Shown: positions 12,819-26,444 of the stretch, in pieces | Numbering within the stretch: position 1 is the first letter of the stretch | Layout of the letters: the number at the start of each line of letters is the position of its first letter | Assembly (NCBI GenBank): GCA_000165425.1 | Contig: CT868507.1 | Span: 310,001-374,000, forward strand | Length of the DNA stretch: 64,000 nt | Reading direction: 5' to 3' | DNA from: Paramecium tetraurelia | Taxonomy: Eukaryota | Program-made: the position numbers and the translations under genes | The notes under the pieces: model-generated | The model's input: the letters and a program-made list of their open reading frames with translations, nothing else | Told to the model about the DNA's origin: nothing | The model's database searches: none

Positions 12819-14085
12819 ATGCAAGTTTCTTGTCGAACCAAAAATGTGAATAAGTACTATAAAGTAATAGGCGAAGTTGGATCTGGTACTTATGGCAAAG
12901 TTTATAAGGCAAAATGCCTCAAGACCAATGATTTTGTGGCTCTAAAGAAAATTGATACAAAGGATTAAAAAATAATGGCTGAAGGTATTATTATAGAGCA
13001 TATTATAAGGATTTCCAATCACTGCCATAAGAGAGATCAAATTATTGAAAATTATGAATCACAAAAATATCTTAAGATTAAGAGAGATAATTATAAGCAA
13101 GGCCTCATTTAGAAATAATTTTAGAGGATCCACCTTTTTAGTTTTTGACTACTACGACCATGATTTTGCTGGTCTTCATAGATAAAGAAATATCTTTACA
13201 CTACCACAAATTAAATGCATTTTTAAATAGCTTTTAGAGGGAGTTAAATATCTTCATGAAAGCAAGATCATACATCGGGATTTGAAATGTGCCAACATCC
13301 TCATGAATAATAAGGGATAAGTGACTCTGGCTGATTTCGGTTTAGCCAGAACACTATCAAATGTGAATTATCCAAAATACACTTATAAAGTAGTGACATT
13401 ATGGTATAGAGCCCCTGAGTTGCTCCTGGGATAAACCAATTACAACACCTAGATTGATATGTGGAGTCTTGGTTGCATCTTTGCCGAATTGATTACAGGA
13501 GAAGTGCTTTTCAAAGGAGATATTGAGTTCAGATAAATGGAAAGGATCTATGAATTATGTGGGAGTGCAACTGAATAAAATTGGCCGAATTGTGTCAACT
13601 TGAGATAATGGGAGGAATTTAAACCCAGAAGGAATTACGAAAGGTTATTAGTCAAACACATTAAGGATGTTTGCCAAGCTTTGAGTAAATAAATTGATTA
13701 AGTGACTTTGGATCTAATAGATCATCTCCTCATCTTGGATCCAAATAAAAGGTTGAATGCAGTGCAGGCTTTGAATCATGACTTTTTCAAACAGGAACCA
13801 AAACCTTGTTAACCTAATGAAATGCCCTAATTTGAAAAGGAATTCCATGAAACACTTTTAAAGAACGAAATGAGATTACAGTAACAAAGACTTGAAAAAC
13901 AATAAATGAGACCATCTTCAAACACTACCTAGAAACTCTAAAAGATTGTGCGAGATGAGAGAATTATGTCTAAGCCTTAATAGTCTTCTCCCTAAAGAGA
14001 TCAAAGAAATAAACAGGATATAGATTTTGAAGATATATTAAAATTTGAACCTGCAGAAGAAAAGAAAAAAGTAAAATTAAATTGA
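12819..14085 (+). CDS. PITAIRE-type transcriptional CDK (CDK9/CDK12/CDKC-like)
   Basis: [61 protein letters not shown]. One intron near 12985-13009. Confidence 0.9.
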
Positions 14086-14797
14086 ATATGAATTCTATAT
14101 ATCAAATTAATATGAAGCTTGTAATCGAGTGCCAGTGTTCCAGTTTGTACTAATCTTAAATTATTGCCAATCTAATAATTTAGAGGAGAGAGCTATAATC
14201 AAATTATCCTAAAGAAAGTCCAATTAATTAAGTTTAATAATTTAATTTACATTTTTAATAGCATTTAATTCACATAATAAATCAACTTTGAGCTTAATTT
14301 CATCTATTTTCATAGGTGATTTATCGAGTGGGTCTGAAGGCGGACAATATTGAGAATTTAAATACTTTATTTTATTGTATTTTTATATAAATTCAAATTT
14401 TGAGATATTCGATGAATAAATGGTTATTTATGTCAATTTATTACTACGATGTCATGGAATTAGTAAAATATTTGAATGTTGAAATCCTAATGAGATTAAC
14501 AACGAGCTTATGTTTCAAAGTAACTTTATAATATATTTAATAAATTCCTTTTAAATTAAAAATATAAATTAGTAAAATACATATTTATTAATTATTCTTA
14601 TCATAAATTTTAACCTCTACTATAACAATTAGATAAGAGTCTACCTTAATAGTCTTATTATCCTGAATTTCCTAATGTTTTTTCATCAATTTGCGATTCA
14701 AATAGTTTACTCATTTTCTATCTTTTTTTAGTTATAGAGAAAATAAAAATTATTTTTGTTTTTAATTTTGATATATATCAATGTTATTAACTCTATT

Positions 14798-15868
14798 TCA
14801 AAGGGCTGGTGTTTAGTCATGTTTTAGCCTTTGGGTGAAATTATTATCTGATGACTTTTTCTCATCTTTTTGAATTTCATCTTCGTAACTTTTTTTTTGG
14901 TCTGGCTTAAAGCAAAATTTTTATTTTTTCTTACACCACCAAATCATAATGCAAGTTAAGATCAACAAAATAGATATAGGAATAGTTATTCCAAGAACAA
15001 TAGGCAAAACTTGATCACTTTCATTTTCTTCAAATAATACGCATTTTTAACATTAATCATCTTCTGACCAACTATAAGTTAAAAATGTTTTTTTTTAACA
15101 ATCATCTTTGTTAAATTCTTCAAGATCCTCCTCTTGCACTTCTTCACACTAATAGCCTGTCCAAAAACAGGATGTTAGATACTTAGATTGAATAGAATAA
15201 AATTATTCGCATTCTTATTATTTACTTAAGTCTGTACATTCCTTATCTCTACATTTGTTATTTTCATATATGCATAAATTGTTTTAGCACTCAGTCTTCG
15301 AATCATTTAATTAGGAACATGAAAATTATGTTTAATCCAATGACTTACATTACACAAAATCATTTTAATAGCATTTAATGCCAAAACCATTATAACTGGA
15401 TCCACATTGATCTATAGCTAAAGCTGAACAATTTAATTCAATTGTTGGATTTGAGCAAATACCATTTATTTTAGAACATTTCCAAGAAGGACAATAAGTA
15501 TCAATAGAACAGTCAAATTATTCGCATTTCATTTAATTTGTCCATGAGCAACTGATTTTATTATAATAAATTGATTCTATACAATCTTAAGCATCAATCA
15601 TTTGATCACATTCATCATAATCAAATTCTTTGCATACTTCAAATTTCTTGTCCCATCTGCATTTATAATTAGTTAAATCACCAAAACAATAACTTTAACT
15701 AAGTTATTGACAATCCAAATCCTAGCAATCTTCACCATTCCAAGAACAAATCTTTGAAGCATCACAATTTTATTTTGAAAACTCAGAACAAGGACATTTG
15801 GTAGCTAAATAATGAATTTTTAATCCAACTGCTAATTGGCAACCCACAAGGATTAATAAAAATTTCAT
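14798..15868 (-). CDS. Cys-rich type I membrane (surface-antigen-like) protein
   Basis: Signal peptide MKFLLILVGCQLAVG, periodic C..CxW..C repeats, TM segment VLPIVLGITIPISILLILTCIMIWW, then basic CKKKQK and a cytoplasmic tail. 357 codons, intronless. Confidence 0.8.
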
Positions 15869-15958
15869 GAATTAATCTAAATTTATTTATTGGGAGGAAA
15901 TGATTCTATATAGAAAACAAATAATTACTAATATATAATTTAAAAAACCAAATAATTA

Positions 15959-17251
15959 ATGAGAAATTTCATCAAATAATTTACAGAATTATCTATTGTT
16001 CCCTCATTATCAAATTTTATAAGAATACCTAATTTGAGTCCTTAATTCGATAATTAATGGCAATAAAACTAATTACTAGAAGAAGCCTGCAATCATATTG
16101 TTAAATGGATTGAAAATGAAATGGTTGATATACAGAAAGAAATCAAAATTTTACAAATTCCTAATTCTCCTAGATGCATTGCCATAAAAATATTTGGAAA
16201 TTAAGAACAAAATAAGACAATTCTATGTTATGGACATTATGATAAGTAACCTCATTTTGTTGGTTGGAAATACGGCCCCACCACACCAATCATAGAGAAC
16301 AATAGACTCTATGGAAGAGGGTCTGCAGATGATGGTTGTGTACCTTACGCTATTATTGCAGCTATTAAAGCATTAAAATAATTCAAATAAAATTATCATG
16401 ATTGCTATTTAATTGTAGAAGGAGAGGAGGAAAGTGGAAGTCATTCCTTAATTTAATACATTTAAATGTTAAAGATATCAAAAATAGATCTTATGATTGC
16501 TATTGATTCTGGAATTGTAGATTATGATCGATTATGGATTACTAATTCAATGAGAGGAGCAATTACATTTGATATTAAAATATTCTAAAGCCATAACCCA
16601 TTCCAATATCTGAGAAGTTTGCTAAATAAACTAGAAAACTCAGTCACAGGTGAAGTCAATTAACAATTTTAAACAATTATCCCTTAAACCAGTTTTGAGG
16701 AATGTTAAACGACAGCCTAGCTAGTTCCTCTAGAATTCCCTATGACTTGCCTTAAAATGGAACCTGATCACGTTTAATAATATATCAATAGAGCTTGGAA
16801 ACCCTCGGTCTCCTATATAGGAGGTTTAGAGGATTTGAATCAAGATAGTGATGAATTAACAATTAGAATTTCTATGAGATTGCCTCCAAATAAGGATGCT
16901 TAAGAGGCTTCTGGATAACTATCAGAACTATTAACAACTTAGTGGAGTTAAATTGAAATCATACAGGCAAAAACAGGTTTAGCTGTGAAGCCATTTAGTA
17001 GGGAGCTTAAAAATGTGTTGAATGAGGCTTCAATTAACAATTTTGGAAATGAGATGAGAATGTTTCACGAAGGGGCATCAATTCCATTTTTAAATTCTCT
17101 ACATCAATTATATCCTGAATCTGAATTTTTGATTTTGGGAGTTTTAGCACCAGATTCGAATGCACATGGTCCAAATGAAAATTTAAATATTGAATATCTC
17201 AATAAATTAATTGGTTGCTTGGCTTATATATTCACAAGTTAACACATTTGA
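15959..17251 (+). CDS. M20 family metallopeptidase (dipeptidase-like)
   Basis: YGHYDKQP, LYGRGSADDG, EGEEESGS, DSG and NAHGPNE metal-ligand motifs. 431 codons, apparently intronless. Confidence 0.9.
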
Positions 17252-17614
17252 TAAGTATTTCTCTCTAATATTTAATATTATTAACAAAAATTTCTTATTG
17301 ATATAAATTTAGAAATTTACTGTGATTAATTTTCTTTTAATAACATAAATTATTTCTTTTGCATTTATGTAATTAGCAGTTTCCTTTTTAGGAAATCTCT
17401 GATACTTATTTTAGCTTCCTCTTCCTTATGCTCAAACTGAAAGTTTAAACGGATACAGATTTTATAAATTGGAAATGATTTTAAATTGAAAAATGCTTCA
17501 AAACTTGTATTCAAACACAAAGATATGCTCAACTTATGAATTTCTAATCATGCAGATAGATTATGAATCAATTACAATATGAAAATAATTATAACAAAAA
17601 TGAATTATATTTTG

Positions 17615-17875
17615 TCATTCCAACATATGTAGAAATTTTTTATTTAGATTTTTTGCAACAGGATATAACTTCCTTTCATGAAAATCCTCTTTTAATTCCT
17701 CAACAGGTTCTTCATCAATGTTAAGTAGTATGTGATTCTCATACTTAACTTCTTATTAAGGTTTAGAAAACAAAACTTTAGAAGCAATGCTGGTTTGCGA
17801 TCGAATATAATTACTCTTTATTCCTTATAGAATTTCTTTTTCACTTTACTGTGCTTCACAGCATGAATTTCCCAT
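17615..17875 (-). CDS. Small (86 aa) putatively myristoylated/palmitoylated protein
   Basis: Starts MGNSCC after an A-rich context; 87 codons to TGA. Confidence 0.55.
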
Positions 17876-18686
17876 TTTTATAAATAATTTTATGAAATAA
17901 TAATTACAGTTCAATTAAAATTGACAATAAGCGCTGGATTGCTCCATCACAATCCCATATCAACTTTAGGCCGTAATTAATTTCATACAATATGAAAAGA
18001 TTCTATTAACAAGGACCTAAACAATCGATTCAAACAACAAAGTGGAAAATTTCCCTCTTAAATGAGGAGTCAAAACTTGGGAATAAGATATTTACAAGAA
18101 TTAACAACTATGAAAGTATTTTTTAAATTTAAGAAATATTATCAAATAACTGCATAAACAAACATACTTACAAGAGTTGAGTCTTTTGAATAGTAATACT
18201 GTAAAGGTGAGGTCTTACAAATTTCATCCTTAAGTAGGATTAGAGTGAATTTTTGTTTGTACTTAATTTAATTTTGAAGACAAACTTATAAATTCACTAA
18301 GAATATAACCATATTTAATATTTATAATAGCTTATAAGAAACAAATCTCTTAATTATTTAAGGCAATTCTTATCTCTTTATTTTTCTTTGAAATCAATAA
18401 AGCGTCAAAAAAAAATGAAATTCCAGTTTTTCAATTATTTCTGTTTATAAATATGAAATAGAATAATAGCTATTATAAGTGTAAAGTGAATAATTGATCT
18501 TAGTAAAGTAGTGTTAATTTAGAATTAATAATTAATTTTATAGAATCAAACCATTAATAGCAATGTGCTCAAATATTCTATATATAAAATATAATTATAA
18601 AACGAATAGCAGATATATCTATGATTTGGGCTGTATTGCTAAGATCAAAATAATAGATTAATATTATTGTGTATTATAATTCTTAT

Positions 18687-19159
18687 TCATTAGTTTGATG
18701 AAATGATTTCTTCTACTTTGGTAATTGAATTGGCTGATGGGTTCCAGGGACTAATTTAAAAGGAATGAATTACACAACATATTGTTAGACTTCGAAAACT
18801 CTTTTGGCATCCTCCTTTGCATATTAGACCAGAACTTTATAGTTGATTCCTGAGACAACTTGAGTAGTGACTTGAAGTAACTTTTCATATTCGTATCCAT
18901 CTTCAGATAAAGCATATTTGTCTTCAACAGCTTTTAAAGAGGATACGATAATGTTATTGTTTTGTTGTTCAAATTCTTCCAATGGTTACTAGGGAATAAA
19001 ACAATGTATTACTTTGATCCATCCACCAGACATTTATTTTTCTTACAAGCTTGATTGATGTTCTTCAATAATTTGGGACAGTTTGTGTCTGAGTCCGATA
19101 GTTTCAAGACTGCAATTGGCAAAACAAAGGATTAGAGCGACAAATAATATGGCTTTCAT
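18687..19159 (-). CDS. Secreted cystatin (cysteine protease inhibitor)
   Basis: Signal peptide, GGW, QVVSGINY, and a PW motif restored after removing a 23-nt GTAATT..TAG intron. Confidence 0.85.
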
Positions 19160-19211
19160 GAAATATTAAAAAAAATAATAATAAATTAGAATTAATAATT
19201 ACATAATTTGA

Positions 19212-20673
19212 TCAATTTTTGGGTATTGAATCATCGTGATCAGCAATCAGATACATAATACTAGCAAAAGCAATGACATTATCATCCATATCATCAGCAT
19301 TCATCATCAACATAGAATCTCCAGCCGTATGATGATAAGTGAAATAGTAATCATGAGTATTGTTATCTACTATTTAATTGTTCATAACTGGAGTTCCTGT
19401 CACAGTTCTCAAGGCTCCACTATCAGCTGCACCTCCAGCATTAGGATATATCTTCTCAACCCCAATTTCAGTCAAATACTCATAGGCCAAATATGTAACA
19501 AGTTGTCTAGATTAAAGTAGTAGAATACGTGAATTTTTCTCCAGCAGTGACACCAAATCCATATGGTTTAGTAGATCCAAGATCTGATTCAAATGCAACA
19601 ACATGATTTTCTTAAGAATGAGTTTTAGCATATTGTTAAGCACCATCATCTTCCATACCCATTTCTTCTCCACTCCATGCAATGAACCTGATGGTTCTCT
19701 TAGGTCTAATTCCTAAATATTTAAAAAGTTTCAAAGCTTCTAGACATTCAATTACTCCAGCTCCATCATCATTAGCACCTGTCTGAGATCCCACATCCCA
19801 TGAATCCCAATGACCACCCATTAATAGGATTTCATCTGGATATTTCGATCCTCTGATTTCTGCCAATACATTATCACTTGTAGTTTTATATTGTTATCCA
19901 CCCGTTTTAATTTCGATAACTACTTTTTAACCTCTTTATCTCATTCTATCTATCATGTCTGCATCTTCAACTGTGATTGCAACGGCTGGATATTTGATAC
20001 TTTGATAATCTGTCATTCCCTGCATGTTAAACTGATATTCATACTGTATGTGGTGATGAGATCGAAATACTTGCAACACTCCTTATTATAGTTCCTATTG
20101 CACCTGCCTACTCTGCCAACCTTGGTCCGTTCATTCGATATTAGACACTGGATGAATATCCTTTCCACTCAAAATTAAAACAAACTATCTTCCCCTTTAC
20201 ATCTACATGCTTTAATTCTTCAAAAGTGTGAACCACTTCAACTTCTGCTTTCACAGATCCTGCTGGTGTCCATCCTAAACCAATCATGTTTAATTTCTAT
20301 GGGTACTCTCTTGGATCATATAATGTCACACTCTCCTCTCCTCTTTTCCAAGATGTGATTTCTCCTAAATTCTCCTTCCATACCCTATCAAATCCATACT
20401 TTTGCATCTCTTCAACCAGAGCATCTACTGAATCAGCCATGCTTTCTGAACCCCACATTCTTGGACCAAATGTATCCACGTAATACGCCAATCGATCATA
20501 TGATGAGTGATAAAATGGTGAAAATGGATTTTTTACAGTTTCTCTAAATTGCTAAAATATCGAAAAGAGAATAGTACAAGGATCACTTGCTGTTTTATTT
20601 AATCTTTCCTGTTTCTAAGCATGTATGCATTTAATGCTTAAATAATAAAACTAAATAATATGACAATTTTCAT
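19212..20673 (-). CDS. CPQ: Carboxypeptidase Q / plasma glutamate carboxypeptidase (M28)
   Basis: VDTFGPRMWGS, SPHTG, GGHWDSWDVG, GANDDGAG, WSGEEMG, FESDLG, YHHTAGD. Introns of 26, 25 and 22 nt reconcile the frames. Confidence 0.92.
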
Positions 20674-20739
20674 TTTTCAATTATATAAATTAATTGGAAG
20701 GAAATAATTTATATTATAAATAGAAAGTATTTATTTAAC

Positions 20740-21906
20740 ATGATTTCCAATAATTTTCAAAGTAAGAAAACAGCCGCTTCATCCAAGATGGATCAATAAA
20801 ACATTTCTCTTTGGGGCAAATTTGGGTCAAATTTTCTCACTATGAAACCATTTTCAAATATTCTTTCTTTGTTGTTCTATGTAAGTTAAACATATATTGG
20901 ACATAGTTGTCATTTCCTTGTATAGCTTGGATGTCATTTAATATCAGCAATTCCTAAAAGGAGAAAAACCTAAGAAGATTTGATTGGACTGATCTGAAAT
21001 GGTTGATTGTAGGGTTAATCCTAATTCATGTAAAATTAATTTTAAAATAATTAAGATCACTAAGGAAATCAATGGATATTTGGTGTTTGATTATGTTGCG
21101 AATTCCTTGGACAAAAAATATGTTGGTTTGGACAGACAACTTCGAGTGTAAAAAATAGTTAAATGGATTTATGATACTTTTTACTATTCAGTAGCTACAA
21201 TATTTGCATACATAGTTTTCAAAGATGAGAAGTGGTTTCCTACACAATTAGGAGGCACCCAATTCACAGAAACTATGTATGATTTCCCCAATATGCCCGA
21301 TGTACAATTTTAGTCATTCTAATTAGAACCCTTGGGTTCCATTCTATTACATGATTTAAACCGCAAGTCATATCCACGCTTTATTGTTATTGATGTTCCA
21401 CGGTACAAAGATTGAATTAAAGTATTGGGAATATTTACTACATCATTTTCTAGCTGTAAGTCTGCTTTACTTTTCAACAATTTATAATTGCGAAAGTATT
21501 GGTGTTGTGGTTTTGGTGCTCCATGACATCAGCGACATCTTTCTGGCTTACGGTAGAACCTATGCTGACATTGGCAAGAATAAGATCCTAGTCTATGTGA
21601 GTTTCTCAGCCATACAAATCTCCTGGTTGTACACCAGAGTCTATGTATTCCCTATCAAGATATATGACATCATTGTAAATCATCCAGGATTTTCACTTTA
21701 TTGGTATCATTCAACACTATTATCGTAGGGAAAATACAAAGCATGCTTTATACAACCAAGTTGGTTTGATGATAGTGTTATTTGGAATGCACATTTATTG
21801 GACAATTTTTATGATTAAAGTAGGCATTGGAATCTTTTCAGCTGGTAAATATAAAAATGTATATGATAACAGAGAGAATAAATTAGACAACAAGAAGGAA
21901 AACTGA
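20740..21906 (+). CDS. Ceramide synthase (LAG1/LAC1, TLC domain)
   Basis: EYLLHH..LVLHDISDIFL Lag1 motif, WLYTRVYVFP, MHIYWT. Confidence 0.9.
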
Positions 21907-21970
21907 TTTATAACGTACATCATTTAGAGGTTATCAACATTTTAATTAATATCTTTATGTTATAATTTCA

Positions 21971-23452
21971 TCATTGCTTCTTTCTTGGTTTTTGGCCAAA
22001 TTAGGTTACTGTGAAAAATGCAAACACAATATATGTGGTTAAATTAAAGATGTAACTAGAATAGTACTAATAATTACTATACTGATCCATAGAATCTTAA
22101 ATTGTCTTTGATATTCATCAACTAAAATCCTATACCAAAACTATTGAATAGTGAATTTACAAGGTAAAATCTAATGCCTCTAAATAATAAATTTGAATCC
22201 CAAATTTTCAACACATTTGTATTCTATCCAAGCTTATGGATATATTTGTTGATCATTCCAATTAAATTCCAATGGAAGAAAGAAATGTAATAGCCAGGAT
22301 AAAACCCATGCCAAAATGCTGAAACTGCAAATGTAATCAATTGAGCCTTTTGGGATTTGGCTGGACTTGATTTTAAGACTGATTCAGGATACACTCTCAG
22401 ATACACATACTTCTTCAGCCAAACTTACACAGAAATGTTCCACAATTCAATCTTATCCTTTGGATTAGTAGTCAAGTCTATTGTAGGGTCAATTGATCTT
22501 ATTCTCAACCATTTATCCTTTCCATCCTACTTGCCGTTATATGTAAAACCAGCAGCAGCCAATCCACTTTCAGAGAATAACCATCCTGACACATATTTGG
22601 TTCGATGCAAGGTGATGGTTAGATTTAACCATAATATCTTGTAGAGTAAACAGGCCTCTTCATATTCTGTGGACATTAAAGATTCTAAAGACCATCTTGG
22701 ATAAACTACAACAATGAAGAAACTGTATATCAGTGCATTTCTAAACAAACGGGAAGTTTCCCAGAATGTGCTTGGGATTTTCTCATATACATTAGTCCTT
22801 TTAACAAAGATATCGTAGTCATAATAGTCAAAGGAGGGCTAAAATCAAAATTGTAACTTACTCCAGCTAAGCATCCACAAAAGAAGAACATGTATCCAAA
22901 ATAATCTGTGTATGACGGTATTTGTTAGAGTTTTCTTTCCTGTTGATCTGCATTCAACTCTTCATCTTTTCGTAATCCATCCTCGTAATTGTATGCAAAT
23001 GATGTCCATTTAACTGTGTTCATCATTAATATAGTTGTTATATCTAGTTTCCTAATCATTATTCAGATATTTACCATCCACCATAATCTGTATATTGTCT
23101 GTAGATGTGATGCACTGCAACATAAATGAGGGTTTCATAAAATACCCATTTTGCCTTAATGCCAATTTTATTCAATGTAATACGCTTTGTCATTTCATAC
23201 ACTATGATGTTCTGTATTATCACACTAATCAGTTTCTCCTGGTAGAGCATGTACGATAATAACAAACCAATAGTCAAACCAAAATACTTTCTTACTTTAG
23301 CACCTAATCATACATAATTCAATTTAAATACTCTTTAATGTTTTAAATAGAAAGCCCAATGGTATTGTGATTATGAATCCAAACACCATTCTTGCTTGGT
23401 CTTCTGGCAGACCAATCAGTCCTCCAAGCCACTCAAAAAATGAAAGGAGCAT
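21971..23452 (-). CDS. MBOAT family lysophospholipid acyltransferase
   Basis: WNISVQVWLKKYVYLR and SAFWHGFYPGYY (catalytic His), YFGYMFFFCGCLAG. Confidence 0.9.
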
Positions 23453-23572
23453 CACTACTTAATTTAATGCGTAAAATAATATTAATTAGAAAATATCAGT
23501 CTAACTTAGGGTTATTGATTTGTTTCATATTGTTAATATGGCTATTTTATAATATTAATCACATTTATCAAA

Positions 23573-24844
23573 ATGGATGTTCCCATCAATAATTTCAAAG
23601 GTGTCATGCTTTGCAATAGACCCAATGAGAATGTAATGATAGTGAAGGAAAAGTATGATAATAATGAGTGATCATTCAGGCCATTCTGCTCGAGAGTTCA
23701 ACCTTATGACTAATGGGGATTGACAAAAAAGTATGAAGAACCAAAAGTGGTTGTACCTCAAACTAATCCTGTATTAGAGAGACATAAGAAATGGTTGGAA
23801 GCATTCAAACTCCAGAATTAGATTAAAAAGCATGCCAAGGAAGAATTAGAAGCGAGAGAAGATGAGAAGTTCTTAAGAGTGAGAGAATAAGCAAAGAAAG
23901 ACAGGGAAGTGACTAAAAAAATGAAGGAAGATTACAAATAGATGAATGAGATGATTAAAAAGGAATTATCAGAAGAAGTACCAAAAAGTAAAACGTAATA
24001 CACTTATAATATTTGTTAAGTGTGGCATTAACAGCAGAAAATCTAAAGAAACTAGAAGACAAGGATTCCAAAGTTGAGAGTAAGGCAGGTGATAAAAAGA
24101 AAAGGTATAAGACTAAGCCAATTTGGGCAATGACTAAAGAAGTAATTAACAGTTTATAATATAAATAATAGGAGGAGGAACAGCATATAAAGAGTGAAGA
24201 AGATGAACTTCTGAATTTCGTTGAAAATTTAGATTATGATTCATATATCAATGACTTAGAGGTACTTAATTCATGTAAATTAGGTTAATGTCATGCTCAA
24301 AGCACTCTAATAGAGAATTACTGAAATTAAAAAGTAAGATAATCAATAAGAAAAACCAGACAATCTGCCTGAATAAAAGTAAGAGCAACGAGAACCAGAT
24401 ATTTATGATAAAATTAGTTAATCCTTAGGGAAAAATGATGAAGCACGATCCGTGCATTCAGAGAAGACTTAAAGTATTTGAATTTGTGATATTTAGATTC
24501 AATTAATCAATTAAGAAAGAGGTAAGAATAACTGGAATAAGGTAAGTAGGATTGGGATAAGACAACTTCGAATGGAGATTAAAAGGCATCATTGGAAGAC
24601 AGAATTGCAAAGCATGTTGCTGATGAAATTCTGAATCAATACAAAGTATAGATAGAATGGCACGTATTAGAATCTGTCAAATATACATTCCAACTCATCA
24701 ATCAGGAAAATATTAGAAAGAGAAGCCAAAAAGACTCTCCTGGAGACTGGATTACCTGGACCTGTTATTTCAGTAATAAAAAACGAGAAGATGCCCAGAG
24801 ATCCCAATACTTTACCTTACTTACATCGTAATCCAGCCATTTGA
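23573..24844 (+). CDS. Hypothetical coiled-coil protein with distinctive terminal motifs
   Basis: FKGVMLCNRP near the N-terminus, KPIWAMT, LNFVENLDYDSYINDLE, C-terminal LPYLHRNPAI. Several short introns. Confidence 0.75.
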
Positions 24845-24929
24845 TTTTATAAGAGCCATTTCAGTATAAATAGATTTTGTTATTACAATTAATTAAGAAA
24901 TTACAATAAATCTTTGAGATAAAATAACA

Positions 24930-26444
24930 TCAAATTTCTTTTTAATTTACCAATTCTTGATCATTATAATCTAGAATTTAATCGTCAATGTGAGGAGTAA
25001 GGGAGGTGACTAATGGAGCATCTCCATATTGGAGTACTCTAACTGTAAGATTAAAGTTTTCTTGATCATGTAAAACAGATGATTTTGAGTCATCTTATTG
25101 AGCAAATACCTCTTCGAATGCAACCTTCTTGTTATTCTACTATCTCCTAAAATAAACAGCCAACAACATAACAAGTAATCCAACAAAGGAATAATACATC
25201 AATGCAAATACTGCAACTTAAGAATTATATCTTTCCATCAGAAACCCATAAATTGATGGTGCAGGTAAGAAACCGAATAAATTCTAAAACATCGTTGTGC
25301 TTGAATTTGCAAAAGCCTTCAGATGTTTAGGAACTGAAGAAAGCATGATTCCCATCAATGGTGGCACTATTGCTCCACCAAAGAATAACAACAACCATAG
25401 ACATAGTGCTCCAAACCAGAATGTCTCTGTAAAAGGAACTGGTGCTGCACTTATGCAACAAAGGGAACAATATAAAACACATACGTATAAGGATTTAGCT
25501 CTCTAATATCCTCCCAATTTCTACGCTATTAATCCTCCTGTAATACATCCAAACACAGGAGCAGTTATTGATACTATGGCAAATACGATGTTCACTGTTT
25601 ATTTGTCTTAATGCATCTCATGGATCATGTAGTCTGTCATCCAAAATTAAATACCAGTTACAATAAAATACAGTATGCTGATTACAATTGTACAACACAG
25701 CCATAACTTTATGGAATATAGTTCTATCATCGTTGAGCAATAAGATCTCTTTGTATTTTAAGCAAGAAGCGAGGCTGATTATTGCTCTTCATTGATTGAT
25801 TTCCTTTCTAATTTGCTTTTAGTACATTTTTTTATATCAAAGTCTGTATTCCTAACAAATATTATGAAAAATGTTGCACAAACAGTTAACATGATTACTT
25901 AAATGTAGAAAGCGGCTTACCATTACCACAAGCTAGAAATCACACTTGATAAAGAATATCCCACAAATATGCCAAGTGGAATTACTCCTTGTAGAATTGT
26001 AATCCAAATTGTTTTTGATTCTCCTCCAAAATTATCTACCCAAACAGGAAAATAAATCATCATAGGTGCCTATTTTAATACAAATTAAGTACTTTTGAAC
26101 ATCCTGTTAGGAATCTGAAAATGTAAAATGGCCAACTTGATCCATAATTTAATGGAAATAAGGTCAATGAAGTTATCATTCCAATATAACTAATCATGAC
26201 TATCATTTTTGAATTGAAATGCAGAAACAATTTCCCTCCAAATAAGCAAACTAAAGTGACACCTGCATAAACTTATGATCCTAAATAACCTAATTATTCT
26301 GAAGTTAATTCAAGAGAATCCTCTATCTATTATATTGCTTAATAAAAAATAGACGATACCTGCAGGGATGATTCCTTAGTCCAGATTAATTATAATATTA
26401 GTGCTAAGCAGCAAACAGAAAATCCATTTTGGTTTAATTTCCAT
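24930..26444 (-). CDS. MFS transporter, Spinster-like
   Basis: INLDQGIIPA, YFPVWVDNFG, GVIPLGIFVGYSL, TGIQFWMTDYM, WLLLFFGGAIVPP, GFLPAPSIYG; about 12 TM segments. Confidence 0.85.
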
